IMG/VR virus record: IMGVR_UViG_3300045988_152178
DNA length: 64,000 nucleotides
Strand: one strand, 5' to 3'
Source of the DNA: a virus
Positions 15,802 through 25,409 of this stretch are shown piece by piece. The number at the start of each line of letters is the position of its first letter. The first letter of the stretch is position 1. Made by a program: the position numbers and the translations under genes. The notes below the pieces were generated by a model. The model was given only the letters and a program-made list of their open reading frames with translations, did no database searches and was not told the origin of the DNA.

Positions 15802-16500
15802 TTATTGATCATCATGTCGCAGTGGGTCAGCAGCCATACCGACATTACCAGAGCCATATCTTGCATCAGTCATGCTGAGTATGCGGTGGGTGAGGGTAGC
15901 TATCTCCTGTTGCTGTTCAGCGATGAGTGCCTGTTGCCCTGCCATCTGTTTCTGTTGCTCTGCGATAATATCGAGCATCTTATTGAGCGTAGAGAAGCTT
16001 ACATCCGTTTCTCTTTTCGGGAGGGTAGAGGCAGACTGATTGATGAAGGCATGAGGGGCAGCAGCTGACTGACGACTGCCTCCAGTCTGAACATTCTGCC
16101 CAATCTTGATAGTAGCCAACCCTGGTATGATGGACTTGATATAATCCACATCAAGAGGATCACGCAGGGCACGACCGCCAATAGGACGCTTTTCGTTTTG
16201 CGAAATATACCCACCAGCAGGCTCAAATTGGTCATCAACGCTCGGTTGCACATAATCAATTTCTTCTATGCCTTTATCGTAGTTGGCATCCGCATCCACG
16301 ATAAAAGCGGAAATGGGTACTTGGAACGCATTACAGAATCTCAAGAGTTGGATGGTAGGGATAGGTGCTTCCATCCTTTCCCAGTAGTCAAGTCTCCTGT
16401 TGCTTGTTGTACCTATCGCATGAAGTATCTGCCTATCTGTAATATCACTATTTGCCTGTATCCATTTTTCGAGGAAGCTGTAATTAAAATAATATCTCAT
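15802..16500 (-). CDS. HTH (XRE-like) transcriptional regulator, candidate phage repressor
   Basis: The only minus-strand gene in 0-44 kb. The N-terminus ITDRQILHAIGTTSNRRLDYWERMEAPIPTIQLLRFCNAFQVPISAFI fits an HTH_3 pattern. The C-terminus is Gln-rich coiled-coil. Confidence 0.55.
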   Translation of the reverse strand: MRYYFNYSFLEKWIQANSDITDRQILHAIGTTSNRRLDYWERMEAPIPTIQLLRFCNAFQVPISAFIVDADANYDKGIEEIDYVQPSVDDQFEPAGGYISQNEKRPIGGRALRDPLDVDYIKSIIPGLATIKIGQNVQTGGSRQSAAAPHAFINQSASTLPKRETDVSFSTLNKMLDIIAEQQKQMAGQQALIAEQQQEIATLTHRILSMTDARYGSGNVGMAADPLRHDDQ

Positions 16501-16608
16501 ATCTCTAAAAATTAAAAAGGTGAATACGTTAAAAACACACTCTACACTAAATATTATACCTAACCTATGTTAAATTCCCCTAATTTTAGGAGAAAAATAT
16601 ACGTAACG

Positions 16609-16640
16609 TTTGTTTATCTCAATTTTAATATTTAAATTTG
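16609..16640 (+). promoter_or_regulatory. Bacteroidota-type promoter in the divergent intergenic region
   Basis: TTTG at 16609-16612 and TAAATTTG at 16633-16640 with 20-nt spacing, 27 nt before the ATG at 16667. Confidence 0.55.
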
Positions 16641-16666
16641 CAACAAATTTAAGAAATTTAATCGAA

Positions 16667-17194
16667 ATGACAAAGGAAATTATAGAAAAAATTACGCAGC
16701 ATGGTAATTCGTTAGACGTTAATGACCTAAATGCTGAAGAGAAGAAGAACTTGGCTGAGTTTTTATCGGCCAAAGGCTTTACTGATTCTACCTTTTACCT
16801 TCGTTTCTTCCAAAAAGGTTTCGATACTTGGGAAATCCAGGGTATCAATAACTGCAAAAGTCAGTACTTAGGTATGCCTGGTATATGTAAGGTATTACTT
16901 GAGTACGTTGAGCGTGATGCCTTGGGTAACGAGATAGGCGATAAGGGTTATCTCTATACTCTTGCCCAGAGTGATAAGCCGGGTGTATTCTATTCCTGTT
17001 TGAAGCAGGCAGCAAACGGCTTGTGTATGAAGCTATACTCCTTCATGGAAGAACGTGGCATGAGCCGTACTACCATCATCAAGCGTTTCTCGTCTGATGA
17101 CTGGAAGACTTGGGAGAAGGTAGGCATCAAAGCCTTGCTGGAAGAATTTCTTCAAATGAGAAATGAGAAACTCGAAATGGCGAACAATAAATGA
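16667..17194 (+). CDS. hypothetical protein (175 aa from the ATG at 16667; the track start at 16610 overlaps the promoter)
   Basis: Reads MTKEIIEKITQHG.... First gene of the rightward operon, opposite the repressor-like gene. Confidence 0.65.
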   Translation: MTKEIIEKITQHGNSLDVNDLNAEEKKNLAEFLSAKGFTDSTFYLRFFQKGFDTWEIQGINNCKSQYLGMPGICKVLLEYVERDALGNEIGDKGYLYTLAQSDKPGVFYSCLKQAANGLCMKLYSFMEERGMSRTTIIKRFSSDDWKTWEKVGIKALLEEFLQMRNEKLEMANNK

Positions 17195-17877
17195 TTGACA
17201 TAACTATTGATTTTGAAACGACCTCACTTGCACCTACCGCAGCCATCATGAGTGTTGGCGCGGTAGCGTGGAAGCGGTATGACGAAGAAAGTCCGTTCTT
17301 CGGGAGAGGAGACGGATTGCTGAGGTACCCAACCTTTTCGGCTCACGTCGATTTGCGAAGCTGCTTTGTAGAGGGTTTCACTTTCGACCAAAGTACGGCT
17401 GAATGGTGGTCGCATCAGAGTGAAAAAGCAAAACAGGCTTTGCTTGATTATGATGATGGGGACAATCCTTGTCTCCCTATTGATATAGTCATTGCCGATT
17501 TGCTCGGCTGGATAAAGGATGATGTGCAGGAAGCGCTTGGAGATACAGAATTGTGTCTTTGGGCACAGGGCACCGATTTCGACATCGCTATTCTGAGATA
17601 TGCTTGCTACAAGTTGGGCATCAAGTTTACTATTAAGCATACCCAGTTTAGGGACCATCGCACATACTATCTGGAAGGCGCTCGTTTGCTATGGCTGTTA
17701 AACAATGCGCTTGGCCATGAGAAAGTTCCTTTTAGTGTTGACTGGGCATATAAGCAGACTCAAGACTATCAGGATATTGCCGATGAGGGTGCTGCCCATG
17801 ATCCTATCTTTGACTGCAAGCGAAGTATCTATAGTACTTGGCAGATGATGAAGAAGATAAGAGAAGCCTATGCCTAG
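17191..17877 (+). CDS. DnaQ-like 3'-5' exonuclease (DEDDh)
   Basis: ExoI ITIDFETTS, a mid-region GTDFDIAIL, and ExoIII AHDPIFDCKRS (H-x4-D). Confidence 0.7.
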   Translation: MIDITIDFETTSLAPTAAIMSVGAVAWKRYDEESPFFGRGDGLLRYPTFSAHVDLRSCFVEGFTFDQSTAEWWSHQSEKAKQALLDYDDGDNPCLPIDIVIADLLGWIKDDVQEALGDTELCLWAQGTDFDIAILRYACYKLGIKFTIKHTQFRDHRTYYLEGARLLWLLNNALGHEKVPFSVDWAYKQTQDYQDIADEGAAHDPIFDCKRSIYSTWQMMKKIREAYA

Positions 17878-18286
17878 GCTATTCGATTTGCCTTATATCC
17901 CTAACCGGACGGGCATACAGCAAAGGCACAGGAACCTATCCCGATACAGAATGCTGCATCGTTTCGCCTATACCGAGACGATGAGCGGACTGAGGGATGA
18001 TATACCGACCCTCCTCTTTTATGCGCCCTTTGCCCTGCTGAAAGATACCTGTGAGTATCTTTGCAGGATGATGACGGGCTGCGTGGAAGATATGATTATC
18101 ACGCCGTCGCATAGCTGCCGACGCAAGAACGGCAAGATATACTGGAGGCAGGAGGTGCAGATTATCGGTCTAGATACCGATTTCCTCACGATGGAAAGTC
18201 TCTCGCAGATGATAGTACATCGTATGGAAACCATCTGTAACTGTAAGATAAGGCATTATCGCCTGGAAACATTTCTGAATTTATAA
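17870..18286 (+). CDS. hypothetical protein (138 aa)
   Basis: ORF overlapping the previous stop by 8 nt. Confidence 0.55.
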   Translation: MPRLFDLPYIPNRTGIQQRHRNLSRYRMLHRFAYTETMSGLRDDIPTLLFYAPFALLKDTCEYLCRMMTGCVEDMIITPSHSCRRKNGKIYWRQEVQIIGLDTDFLTMESLSQMIVHRMETICNCKIRHYRLETFLNL

Positions 18287-18876
18287 AAAGAAAAGATATG
18301 AAGAAATAAAAGATATTCTGCATGACATCATGCAAACTTCGGTACGATATACACTTCGTTTCCGATTTTTATTTTGTTAGACAACCGAGCCATCGGTTAA
18401 ATGGTAGGAAGAACTGGACGGGTAATGAGTGAACGCTGCAAAGCTTCACTGATAAGTTGATACCCTCCACCGTAGCCTCGGAACGATAAGTGAAAAGTCT
18501 GATTAAAAAGCCTGGAAAATACTTATCGATGCGGTAATGATGCAGTCTCAAAATTTGGCGGTGTTACCCCGAAAGTTCTTCTTTCTTTGAAACATTGATA
18601 AAAAGAGAATAGGGGAGGCATTCTGGAAACGCTCTTATGAAAGGGTAGTGAAAGCTGTAATGCTCCATGACTACGATTCACTGCATCATTGCCGGTGTTG
18701 GAAAGACGCGGGGACCGTTTCACCTCTGCGTCTTGGCGTAGGAAATATTCAGCAGGCGAGTACCACAGATTTTCAAATGCTCCGCTCGCTCTAGAATATA
18801 ACCCGGCAAGGTGTAAACACTTGAAGTTTTGCCTTCCCTTTCTCTTTTACTATATAAATACTCTTGATATAAAGAT

Positions 18877-21800
18877 ATGTTATTCCATCCCATATTGAAC
18901 CAGCTTGCCAATCTTGACATGGCTTTCCTCGTAAAACCTGCCGATGAGCAGCGTATCGAGGGACAGACTGCCTGTTTCTGTCCGTTCTGTCAGAAGGAAG
19001 AGGCAGACGATGGCGAGCAGGGCAAGGTAAAGCAGACACCACACCTCATTATCTATCATAATGAGCGTGGCGGTATGTATAACGGCGTAGGGGTGGAAAA
19101 CAATACCCAGGCAGAGCATGGTGCCCTGCGCTGGATGTGTACCAAGACCGGCAAGTATGGCTACGGAGCCTTAGAACTCTATGCCGCCATGCGCAAGCTG
19201 CCGATGCACGGAGCCAGTCTCTTGCGCCTATGCCATGACCTCATCGTAAGGGTATATGGCGATAACGAGAAGACGAGAGCCAAATGGCCTATGCTCTTTG
19301 CCAAGATGGACTATCGGACAATCGCGCAACAAACGATAGAGACTTTCTCTTTTATGCCAAAAACAGATTTCAATCCCCAGGAGCTTGCAGCCCTGGGGTG
19401 CGAAGTCACATCAGTAAAAGGCATTCCGCAGTACGGCTTCGGCAAGGACTTCAACACAAAGATGCTGAACGAAGATTTCCGCATCTATGCCGTGGACCAG
19501 GTAATGCTGCCTAACGTGGTGAGAAACGGACAACTGGTAAGTGAAGTGATTTATGGAACACCCTGGAACCCGCTGTTCGTTTGCTTCGCTACCGACGTGA
19601 TAGCGCCGCAAGGCAGTTGCGGATGCTTCTTCCGTCCAGCCATGCAGCAAGACCCGATAGTCTTCTCTACCTGTGAGGATCACAGCGTAAGGAAGGTGAG
19701 CAAGTGGCTGATGGGTGACAAGGTTTTCACCTATGCGATGGACCATCGGAGTAACAACTCTACTGCCGTTCACTCGGCCATAGAAAAGTTGCAACCGGGA
19801 GAGGCCTATACGGAGATGAAAGAAATATGGGTAGAGAACGAAACCAAGGATGGTGAACCGAAAGGCACTTTTCATATTGAGGAGGAACCTATAGAAGTAG
19901 GCGACATCAAGGCTCAGAATATCGTTTTCTGCCGGACACCGGAAGACGCAGTGAGCGTTTATTACGCCATGCGTTCCCTGCGTCAGGATAAGGCACAGGA
20001 TAAGCATTTTCAGCAATACTGCTGGTACCACGTAGCCTTCTCGCTTGGCAGAAGAAATTTCTGGTATATCGAGCGTGGGCAGTGGAGGCAGGAAAAACTC
20101 GACTTCAATGCCGTGCAGTATCAGAAGATGAAGCGATTTGCCGAAAGGGTTATTATGATTTACCCTAACGACATCGCCAGCCAAAGGGATTGTGGCGCTA
20201 TTGCAACCAAGTATTGCGATATATGTTATGCCACGCTGCCCGATGGCTTCAGAAGCAGATATAACCAAAGGTGGAACTGGTTGTACGGTTGCTTACCACG
20301 AAGCGTGAGAGATTATCTGATGTGTTATCAGATGACCGATGCCGACAACTTTAAGTTCGATCACGATATAAGGTTGCCGCTATACTCAAGGTTGCGGGGT
20401 GCCAACAATACGGACCCATTCGAGATAGAATATCCTCGTGACCCGAGAAGCGGCAAGCCGAAACCACCTACCTGCAAGGTGTCGCCTACTAAGGTGTGGC
20501 TCTTTATGACGTGCCACGGATATTACAGAATGATAGACCCTGAGAGTACCGACCTCGTAGGTCAGTATATCCACCTGGATAGATGTTTTGTTGAGTACAT
20601 CGACCAGAAGAGTATCATCCAGGCAACAAAAACCCAACTTTTGCAGTTTACCGAACAGAGTTGGCGGCACAATGATCAGGAGCGCAAGATGATGTCAGAC
20701 TGCGCCAACCTGATAGACAAGAATTTCAGCGAGAAATCGGCTGGAGGCTTACAGGGCATGGTGATAGACTTCACCGAGAGTTTCGATGCCCATACGGAAT
20801 ATTTCTTCTTCCGCAATGTAGCGTTGAAGATTACGCCCGAAGCCATCACACCAGTCAGCTATGAGAGGTTGAATTTCTTCATCCCATCCCTGGCAAAGAA
20901 ACCGTATGATTTCACGATGAGGGTGTTCAATCCTCCTTTCGTTATCAGCGAGAGCCAGGAATATAAAGACAAGGTAGCATCCATCGCCCAAGAGGAAGCG
21001 CAGGTTAACGAGGACGGTTCACCTGTCTTCACAAGAGCCGAAATCGACCAGAAGAAAGCCGAGCTTAAAGACTGGGCGCAGACCTTCCGCTGGCAGGTTG
21101 ATTGGCAAGGCAAGCAGGAGAAAGAACTTTGGCCTATACTGAGAGTGATACGCGGCTGCTGCAATATGCAGTGGCGACTGGAGCAGGATAGTATTCGCAA
21201 CAAAGAACCGATGCCTGCCGAAGCCATCGCCGACATCAACTCTCATTTTGCCAACATGATTTCCTGTTTGGGAAGGATTTGTTACCGCTCATGGGCCAAC
21301 ATGCAGAGTATCTGCCCTTATCTCCTCGAAGATGAGGTGGAGGACGAGAAGCAGGCAAGTGGCGGTTCTGGTAAATCACTCATGGTGAATCTCGTGGTAG
21401 GTTCAGCAGTGAATATACTTCGTGTCGATATGAAGGACTTCGTTACGATAGCCGATGCAAAGTTCTGTCTGTCCGACCTGTTGATATATCCCGGCAAGTT
21501 TAGAGTAGTGCATTGGGAAGATAAGCCTTCGGGTTTCCCGATGAAGTACTTTTATAATAAGGTAACGGCGGGAGCCAAGGTAGAACGAAAGTTCGGCGAC
21601 CCTATCGTCTTCAAGCTGGAAGACTCACCATTAAACGTGATTACCAGTAACTCGCAGTTGAGTGATGACGATGAGAGTACTATCGGACGTTTTCCCCTGG
21701 TATCATTATCCGATAGATTTTGCCGTGAAAACCCGATGCAGCATAAGGTAGCGCGTTCACCAAAGGAAGTGATGAAAAATCTCGTAACAGACCCAGAAGA

Positions 21801-22557
21801 GTTGAATGAGCGAGACCGCAACCAGGCGATATATATCTGTGCCCTAGCCGTTCAGTTCATCATGCGCTATCATACCTTTGTGATTGCTCCTCAGAAGAAC
21901 GTTCAGCGAAGATTGATGGTAAGAGAGCTGACCGAGAACACGGTGAACTACTTCGAGTGGTTCTTCAGCCGTAACGAGGTATATTCAGCGCCTATCTGTG
22001 CAGACGAAATGTTTAATGAGTTCATGCGAGATTGGGCTGATGCCAGTGAGGGCAAGAGTAAGGAATATAGTCGAGCCACCTTCAAGAAGAAAATCAAGAA
22101 GTATTGCAAGAATATGAATATCATCTGCAATCCTGATAACCTCCTGGTAGGGGAGGACAATAAGCGCCACGGCTGCTTCAAGCTTCGAGCCTGGGTAACG
22201 GAGGAATACTTCGTAGGCAGAGAGTGGGAGAATGATGACAGTGTGGAGCCGAAACTCATCCGCAGGGTGAAGACGAGCAAACACGTCTATTTCTTCTTCC
22301 GCAGCGGTAAGGATCACATTCCAGAAAGCTATGACGAGTTGAAGCGGATAGCGAAAGAGTATGTGGAAGGTCCCGACCCATTACCTTATCGTGATGACGA
22401 TGGTAACATCGTTACGCTCACTACTGAAGAGGAGGAACGCTGGAAGGCTTTCACCTCCCGCAAGCAAGGTAGAAGGCAAGCTATACCTAACGGTAGTGAT
22501 AGCAATAATGCAGCAGCTACGGTAGGCGAAATAGATAAGAGCGGTCTGCCGTTCTAA
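18877..22557 (+). CDS. Primase-helicase: N-terminal CHC2-like zinc finger and degenerate TOPRIM-like region, C-terminal P4/D5-family SF3 NTPase
   Basis: CFCPFCQKEE...KQTPHLIIY resembles the DnaG zinc finger. FCRTPEDAVSV and IMIYPNDIASQRD are TOPRIM-like. Walker A is SGGSGKS, followed by RVVHWEDKP and KVTAGAKVERKFGDPIVFK...VITSNSQLSDDDESTIGRFPLVSLSDRF, typical of the P4-family primase C-terminal domain. Confidence 0.7.
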   Translation: MLFHPILNQLANLDMAFLVKPADEQRIEGQTACFCPFCQKEEADDGEQGKVKQTPHLIIYHNERGGMYNGVGVENNTQAEHGALRWMCTKTGKYGYGALELYAAMRKLPMHGASLLRLCHDLIVRVYGDNEKTRAKWPMLFAKMDYRTIAQQTIETFSFMPKTDFNPQELAALGCEVTSVKGIPQYGFGKDFNTKMLNEDFRIYAVDQVMLPNVVRNGQLVSEVIYGTPWNPLFVCFATDVIAPQGSCGCFFRPAMQQDPIVFSTCEDHSVRKVSKWLMGDKVFTYAMDHRSNNSTAVHSAIEKLQPGEAYTEMKEIWVENETKDGEPKGTFHIEEEPIEVGDIKAQNIVFCRTPEDAVSVYYAMRSLRQDKAQDKHFQQYCWYHVAFSLGRRNFWYIERGQWRQEKLDFNAVQYQKMKRFAERVIMIYPNDIASQRDCGAIATKYCDICYATLPDGFRSRYNQRWNWLYGCLPRSVRDYLMCYQMTDADNFKFDHDIRLPLYSRLRGANNTDPFEIEYPRDPRSGKPKPPTCKVSPTKVWLFMTCHGYYRMIDPESTDLVGQYIHLDRCFVEYIDQKSIIQATKTQLLQFTEQSWRHNDQERKMMSDCANLIDKNFSEKSAGGLQGMVIDFTESFDAHTEYFFFRNVALKITPEAITPVSYERLNFFIPSLAKKPYDFTMRVFNPPFVISESQEYKDKVASIAQEEAQVNEDGSPVFTRAEIDQKKAELKDWAQTFRWQVDWQGKQEKELWPILRVIRGCCNMQWRLEQDSIRNKEPMPAEAIADINSHFANMISCLGRICYRSWANMQSICPYLLEDEVEDEKQASGGSGKSLMVNLVVGSAVNILRVDMKDFVTIADAKFCLSDLLIYPGKFRVVHWEDKPSGFPMKYFYNKVTAGAKVERKFGDPIVFKLEDSPLNVITSNSQLSDDDESTIGRFPLVSLSDRFCRENPMQHKVARSPKEVMKNLVTDPEELNERDRNQAIYICALAVQFIMRYHTFVIAPQKNVQRRLMVRELTENTVNYFEWFFSRNEVYSAPICADEMFNEFMRDWADASEGKSKEYSRATFKKKIKKYCKNMNIICNPDNLLVGEDNKRHGCFKLRAWVTEEYFVGREWENDDSVEPKLIRRVKTSKHVYFFFRSGKDHIPESYDELKRIAKEYVEGPDPLPYRDDDGNIVTLTTEEEERWKAFTSRKQGRRQAIPNGSDSNNAAATVGEIDKSGLPF

Positions 22558-22560
22558 CCT

Positions 22561-22585
22561 CCGTTCCCAGCGATTCCATCGCTAG
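22561..22585 (+). repeat. Conserved hairpin element, copy B
   Basis: CCGTTCCCAGCGATTCCATCGCTAG, 3 nt after the stop. The outer pair is weakened (GG to AG). Confidence 0.9.
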
Positions 22586-22609
22586 TCATCTTAAAGTCAG
22601 AAACCAAAA

Positions 22610-22864
22610 ATGGCAAAGAAAGAAGAAACAAAGAAGAAAGGCATAAGGGTAGCCAATCGGCAAGCCTGGGTAGATACCTTCGTGTATCTTTGCCCGCAGC
22701 ATCGAGGCGGTACAGGCCCCGGTGAGTATTGCGAGAATCCGGACGGCACCCGAACCAACTGCACGGGCAGATGCACCTACACCGGTAGCGGAGCCTGCGA
22801 GCAAGTGACGCAGTTCTTCAAAACATATAGTAAGTTCGTAAACAAGGAAATTGAATTTCTATAA
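22610..22864 (+). CDS. small Cys-rich protein (84 aa)
   Basis: ORF starting MAKKEETKKKG.... Five Cys within CPQHRGG...CENPDGTRTNCTGRCTYTGSGAC. Confidence 0.6.
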   Translation: MAKKEETKKKGIRVANRQAWVDTFVYLCPQHRGGTGPGEYCENPDGTRTNCTGRCTYTGSGACEQVTQFFKTYSKFVNKEIEFL

Positions 22865-22878
22865 AAATAAAAAGCAAA

Positions 22879-24078
22879 ATGAAAATACAAGCGCAATCAT
22901 CACTCTTGCTTCGTCAGGCTTTACAGAAAGCTGCGAAGTGTATCGACAGCAAGACCGCTATCGCCATCTTGAGCAACGTGCTCTTAACCCAGCGCAAGGA
23001 AGACGGCAAGTTCTTCTTCGTATCAGCAACAACAGATTCGGAGCTCATCATTCCTGCACCTTTCAGCATCGTAGAAGGCAGCTTTAAGGAAGATGTCGTT
23101 CTGCCTATCACATCCCTTTTATCTCTCCTCTCCACCCTCCCTTCTGACTGCGTAGTCACCATGGACCTCTCTGAGGATAAGAATCGCTCAATGAGCATCG
23201 AGTACTGCACCCAGAACGGCGAAAATGTGAAGAGAGGCACCGTGAGCCTGGTATATTTCAGCGCAGAGGCATTCCCTCGTGCAGCGCAGCCCGATAATGC
23301 CAGTCTTCACATCTCTCTGCCGATGGCAACCTTCAGCAATGTGCTTTCTCATGCCGGCAAGTTTGTATCCGATTCCGAGCTTCGCCCAGTGATGAGATGC
23401 CTCTGCATCGATGTAGCAGAGGATAGAAGTGAGGTTATCTTTGCAGCCTCCAACGGCCACGTCCTTATCAAGTTGATTCATACCAACAACCCCGAAACGG
23501 GGGGCAGTAACTTCTTCCGTAGTGGAACACCGGGAAAGATTCTCGTATATAGCTCCTTCTTCAAGACCCTTTCCGTTTTCGACGACTGCGAGGATATTGA
23601 TATTGAGGCAAATGAGAAGGTGGTACGCTTCACATCAGGAGATGATATTACCTTCGTCTGCAAGAAGGCAGAGGGTCAGTACCCTAACTACAACTCCGTG
23701 ATTCCTCGCAACAACCCTTATAAGGTTACAGTAGATAAGCGAGAACTGGCAAGTGTGGTGAAGCGTGTGGCACTCTTCTCCAGTGAGAGCAGTAACCTGA
23801 TCGTCCTAAAGAAGGATGGCATGTTCCTCGATATTTCCGCTCAGGACTTAGACTTTAATATGTCGGCCAACGACCAGGTGCTCATCACCGACGGCACTTG
23901 TCCGGAAGGTCATCGCATCGGTTTCAAGGCGAGCAGTCTGCTCGATGTCCTGGCACCTATCCCAGATGATACCGTTATCCTGCACCTGGGCGACCCAAGC
24001 CGTGCAGGAGTTATCACCGCCAACGATTCATCACCACGAGCATTGACCCTGCTCATGCCGATGATTTTGGACGAATAA
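22879..24078 (+). CDS. dnaN: DNA polymerase III beta subunit (sliding clamp)
   Basis: By-eye alignment to DnaN along its length: AIAILSNVLL, ATDSEL, AEAFP, LRPVMRCLCID, ASNGHVL, EGQYPNYNSVIP, IGFKASSLLDVL, LLMPM. Length 399 aa. Confidence 0.9.
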   Translation: MKIQAQSSLLLRQALQKAAKCIDSKTAIAILSNVLLTQRKEDGKFFFVSATTDSELIIPAPFSIVEGSFKEDVVLPITSLLSLLSTLPSDCVVTMDLSEDKNRSMSIEYCTQNGENVKRGTVSLVYFSAEAFPRAAQPDNASLHISLPMATFSNVLSHAGKFVSDSELRPVMRCLCIDVAEDRSEVIFAASNGHVLIKLIHTNNPETGGSNFFRSGTPGKILVYSSFFKTLSVFDDCEDIDIEANEKVVRFTSGDDITFVCKKAEGQYPNYNSVIPRNNPYKVTVDKRELASVVKRVALFSSESSNLIVLKKDGMFLDISAQDLDFNMSANDQVLITDGTCPEGHRIGFKASSLLDVLAPIPDDTVILHLGDPSRAGVITANDSSPRALTLLMPMILDE

Positions 24079-24106
24079 TATATTCTCAGAAAATACTGAC
24101 AAGATT

Positions 24107-24823
24107 ATGGATGATACTTTGCTCTTTATTCCTCCCTGCTGTGTAGATAAAAAACTGCCCAAGGCAGTGATGCAGGCTCCACGGCGAGCATTGAGCTTCT
24201 ATACACATGGTGATGTGCTGCTGGATAAATTCTTCCACGCCATCGGATACTTGGCTGATACGACTCCCAACCGCCCAGCGAAGAAGCATTTCTGCGTGAT
24301 GGTGCTGGCGATGACCGTAAGCAGAACATCTGCCACTGGATACATGGTCCAGTATCTACGCACCTGTTTCGAGCGGAAATGGATTACTCATTTAGTACTC
24401 TCCACCGACAAGAATGTGGAAGATTGGATAGACGTTCACCTGCAGGAGTACAAAGACCGCATCTTATATACCAGCCACAAGGATGTAAGCACTCAGACCT
24501 CGCACCTGGTTCTCTACAACGAGGAGAAGGCTTTCACTCTGGCGGGACCGATGCTCGATGCCCAAAACGGCAAGCTGTCGCATTATACGATGGTACTCTA
24601 TCCCGACTATTCGGCTTACAGCAATGCCTCCGACTGGTCGAACCCGCTGCGGAATATCTGTTTGCCTGATATATTGCGACACCGGCAGCGGGTAGCCAAG
24701 AGTAAGCGGGAAGTAAAGAGCATTATCCTCGACCGATTCCTGCATGCGAACTTGCCGCCTTATCCGGAAGACAAGGAGCAGGAAAGTCATCATGACTATC
24801 ACGATTTCGGTGGAATGATGTAG
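24107..24823 (+). CDS. hypothetical protein (238 aa)
   Basis: Long ORF. No family recognised. Confidence 0.7.
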   Translation: MDDTLLFIPPCCVDKKLPKAVMQAPRRALSFYTHGDVLLDKFFHAIGYLADTTPNRPAKKHFCVMVLAMTVSRTSATGYMVQYLRTCFERKWITHLVLSTDKNVEDWIDVHLQEYKDRILYTSHKDVSTQTSHLVLYNEEKAFTLAGPMLDAQNGKLSHYTMVLYPDYSAYSNASDWSNPLRNICLPDILRHRQRVAKSKREVKSIILDRFLHANLPPYPEDKEQESHHDYHDFGGMM

Positions 24824-24853
24824 GCATTTATAAACCGATAAATAAAATATCTT

Positions 24854-25165
24854 ATGGCAAAATATCATCAGTCTTATCAGAACCTCCGTCAGTTCTGCGA
24901 AAAATGGCAGTGGATAGACCCACGCAGCGGACAGCAGGTAACTGGCTATGTGCATCCGCAGACAGCGAGGAACGTAAAGCGTAAATCGTTTTATATCAAA
25001 TTCCTCACCAAGACCGGGCATGTAGATGAAGGTGAATGCGTTTGTCTGAAGGTAGACGTTCTGAGGCATCAGAGAAAAGTGCAGTTCGTTAACAGCGGAG
25101 AAATCCGTGTTGTCAACGACATTCTGGTGCTCGAAGTAGATGGCACCAGGTTCATCACTCATTAA
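24854..25165 (+). CDS. hypothetical protein (103 aa)
   Basis: ORF starting MAKYHQ with an A/T-rich leader. Confidence 0.65.
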   Translation: MAKYHQSYQNLRQFCEKWQWIDPRSGQQVTGYVHPQTARNVKRKSFYIKFLTKTGHVDEGECVCLKVDVLRHQRKVQFVNSGEIRVVNDILVLEVDGTRFITH

Positions 25166-25409
25166 TGGTAATTCATGTTTTAAAGTTAATATATAGTTTA
25201 TCGCAGATTTTTAAAGTTCTAATTGTTAAATTATTGAATTTGTGTAGATGCTTCATAGCATGAAGCCTTTGGCGAAAGGCAAGTTCTGTGATATAACTAC
25301 AAGCAAAAGCAATGTGGGGTGTCTATTCACATTTCCCTATACCTCCCCGGTGCGTGAGCATAGGGCGCTTTTTTCACTGGAATATTCATCTTTAAACAAT
25401 ATATAGATT

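Noticed and set aside
18369-18920. Three tiled 60-66 aa minus-strand ORFs as remnants of a frameshifted gene
   Set aside because: None of the three peptides looks like a recognisable protein and the third overlaps the primase-helicase start. A pseudogene origin cannot be excluded without tblastx. The region is reported as a finding instead.
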